Below are positions 31,943 through 33,556 of a stretch of 33,556 nucleotides of DNA, piece after piece. Origin of the DNA: Gemmatimonadales bacterium (GTDB lineage Bacteria; Gemmatimonadota; Gemmatimonadetes; Gemmatimonadales; GWC2-71-9); NCBI GenBank assembly GCA_035707845.1, contig DASSTP010000143.1, positions 1-33,556 of the forward strand, given 5' to 3'. The notes under the pieces are model-generated. The model did not search any database and was not told the DNA's origin. It saw nothing but the letters and a program-made list of their open reading frames with translations. How positions within the stretch are numbered: the stretch's first letter is position 1; every line of letters starts with the position of its first letter. The position numbers and the translations under genes were made by a program.

Positions 31943-33057
31943 GCCCGCGCCAGCGCCTCCACCATTTCGCCCAGCGCCGCCACATCCTTGAGGTCCGTCA
32001 CCTCGGCGGGCGAGTGCGAATAGCGCAGCGGCCACGCGAGCGGCACGTCCGGCACGCCCCAGGGCGCAAAGACCGACCCGTCGTTGCCGCCGCTGGTGGC
32101 GCCGTACTGCAGGGGAATGTTCTTCGCCTTGGCGAGTGCGATGACCGAATCCACCAGCACCGCGGGCGCCACGTTGCTGTTGTCCACCGCCCGGATCACG
32201 GCGCCCTTGCCCAAGGGAGCCACGCCGTATGCCGTAAGCTCGAGCGGCGCATCGGCGGAGACGAAGGTATCCACCGCGTGCACGCGGGCGGCCCGCGTGC
32301 CCAGCGCGTCGGCCGCGACGGCGGCACCCTCCAGGCCAGTCTCTTCCCGCACGCTCCAGATGAGGATCACCGGATGTTTCGGGGGATTCTGTGCCAGCCG
32401 GCGGGCGGCGAGAACGAGTGCCGTGCATCCCACGCGGTCGTCGAAGGAGCGTCCAGTGGCCCGGGTGCCCGCCAGCCGCTGATACGACTTGGGCATGGTG
32501 ATGGTGTTGCCCACCGCGATGCCGAGGGCGCGCGTCGCTGCGGCCGTGCCGGTGCCGGGATCCACCCGGAGCGCGCCGGGCGTGCGGTCAGGGTTCCGTC
32601 CGATCGAATCCCGCGGCATGAACACCGCCGGCACTGGCCCCTTGCTGGTATGCACCAGGGCGAGCTGTCCCTCGTAGAGCGACGGGAAGAATCCGCCCAG
32701 CCGCTCAAGAGTGAGGGTGCCATCGCCCAGGATTTCCTTCACCTGCCAGCCGATTTCATCCATGTGTGCCACGAACACGGTGGCCGGGCCGTCACCGCCA
32801 AAGCGCACCCAGAGACTGCCGGCGCTGTCGGTTTCAGTGCGGAGTCCCTTCGGCAGCAGCTGTTTCACGGCCTCGCGCACCGGCCCCTCCGCCCCGGAGG
32901 GGCCGTACGTCTCCACCAGCGTCTGCAGGACCGCCTGGGCTTCGTCCACCGGGATGCCCTGGGCACTGAGTGGCGCCGTCGGCAAGGCAAGCAGGGCGAC
33001 CCCGGTTGTCACCGGGGTGACGAGGGCGCGCAAGTCGCGAAGGATGGTGCGGTTCAT
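31936..33057 (-). CDS. M42-family aminopeptidase (FrvX/TET-like) with signal peptide, 373 aa
   Basis: Internal ATG 33057 of ORF 31936..33135. M42 motifs: VFVAHMDEIGWQV, SFDDRVGC, VREETGLEGA, YSHSPAE. It overlaps the NPP start by 7 nt and the upstream paralogue stop as ATGA. Confidence 0.85.
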   Translation of the reverse strand: MNRTILRDLRALVTPVTTGVALLALPTAPLSAQGIPVDEAQAVLQTLVETYGPSGAEGPVREAVKQLLPKGLRTETDSAGSLWVRFGGDGPATVFVAHMDEIGWQVKEILGDGTLTLERLGGFFPSLYEGQLALVHTSKGPVPAVFMPRDSIGRNPDRTPGALRVDPGTGTAAATRALGIAVGNTITMPKSYQRLAGTRATGRSFDDRVGCTALVLAARRLAQNPPKHPVILIWSVREETGLEGAAVAADALGTRAARVHAVDTFVSADAPLELTAYGVAPLGKGAVIRAVDNSNVAPAVLVDSVIALAKAKNIPLQYGATSGGNDGSVFAPWGVPDVPLAWPLRYSHSPAEVTDLKDVAALGEMVEALARAW

Positions 33058-33556
33058 GGCTTCCCTCCGATCCAGTCGCGCAGGCGCTGTTCCAGCACGG
33101 CCACGTCCTCGAGCGACACGGTTTCCGCCGGCCATCCGTCGAACCGGTCGCGCAGGCGCCAGCGTGTCAGCTTGCCCAGGCCTTCACCGTGCCGAGGCCG
33201 GCGCATCGAATCCGCAGCCACTGCCCCGCCCGGCGTCCCGCCTCCCGCGTCCAGCACGATTGTCTCATCGAACGGACCAGCCTCATTCCCTACGGTCAGG
33301 AGGCCGCGACCGGAGAGACCCTCCTCCACCACGAATGCGATCACCACGGTACCGCGCGGCCTGGCGGAAGCGGCGCGCACCAGCGCGGCGCACGCGGCGC
33401 GCGCGCCGACCGATGGAGCGGCGAGCAGGTCCTTCCCATAGGCCTCGGGCGCCTTGGCCAGGACGAACGGCGTGGTGACGCGGATGCCAAGGGCCGCCAC
33501 CTCATCGGCGCTGGCGGCGCCCACGTCCACGAAGGCGTTGTCGAAGGTGAATGGCT
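33054..33556 (-). CDS. M42-like paralogue, 3' portion (5' end beyond the window)
   Basis: The minus frame is open from the window end to the stop at 33054. The sequence FTFDNAFVDVGAASADEVAALGIRV...VVEEGLSGRG...WPAETVSLEDV is collinear with the C-terminal half of the neighbouring M42 protein. The ORF-track Met at 33530 is probably internal. Confidence 0.7.
   Translation of the reverse strand, partial: PFTFDNAFVDVGAASADEVAALGIRVTTPFVLAKAPEAYGKDLLAAPSVGARAACAALVRAASARPRGTVVIAFVVEEGLSGRGLLTVGNEAGPFDETIVLDAGGGTPGGAVAADSMRRPRHGEGLGKLTRWRLRDRFDGWPAETVSLEDVAVLEQRLRDWIGGKP

Noticed and set aside
1-33556. rRNA, tRNA, tmRNA, riboswitch or other structured RNA genes.
   Set aside because: Reading both strands, I saw no tRNA-like T-arm or anticodon-arm pattern, no rRNA-like segment and no recognisable riboswitch core. 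A covariance-model scan (Infernal/Rfam, tRNAscan-SE) would be needed to exclude small RNAs, especially inside the repeat-rich gaps.

Overview
Very GC-rich bacterial chromosomal segment with about 29 protein genes. By eye I found no rRNA, tRNA, CRISPR, transposase or integrase.

Gene content, left to right:
- 5' part of a PAS histidine kinase (-).
- A translationally coupled two-gene module: a 996-aa Eco57I/PglX-like N6-adenine DNA methyltransferase and a 740-aa SNF2-type helicase. It has no recognisable nuclease and none of the known partner genes. This is the most system-like novelty in the window.
- HAD hydrolase, a DUF47-PiT phosphate uptake pair, and a COG4705-like membrane protein.
- Zn alcohol dehydrogenase (-), SGNH hydrolase, a Tat-exported alpha-galactosidase-like hydrolase, and a HAMP-GGDEF cyclase (-).
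- A HEAT-cyclophilin fusion, a 185-aa orphan, a GT4 glycosyltransferase (-), an SRPBCC protein, and a D-aminoacylase-family lipoprotein.
- A long minus-strand block holding a nine-gene, almost gap-free arginine operon: argG-X-argC-argD-argF'-argB-argE-argH-argR.
- Upstream of that operon, an NPP-type phosphodiesterase and two M42 peptidase paralogues, one of them apparently degenerate.

In the arginine operon, X (364 aa, P-loop-like GTCMNAGKT) is uncharacterised and sits where a first-step enzyme would be expected, since no argA or argJ is present. The carbamoyltransferase is of the acyl-ornithine type and carries Val at the acetyl/succinyl specificity position. An AT-rich TGCAT-type ARG-box palindrome overlaps the argG start.

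A second pervasive signal is structural. Most of the larger intergenic gaps hold arrays of tandem 7-nt (or 8/14-nt) units, in five loci arranged as opposed arms of long hairpins. The unit sequence is locus-specific. The hairpins show G:T-wobble strand asymmetry, and three loci carry (GGGGCRT)n-like G-rich arms, two of them G-quadruplex-type.

The taxon cannot be established from sequence alone. The gene flavour is compatible with a Gemmatimonadota/FCB-like lineage, but that is speculative.
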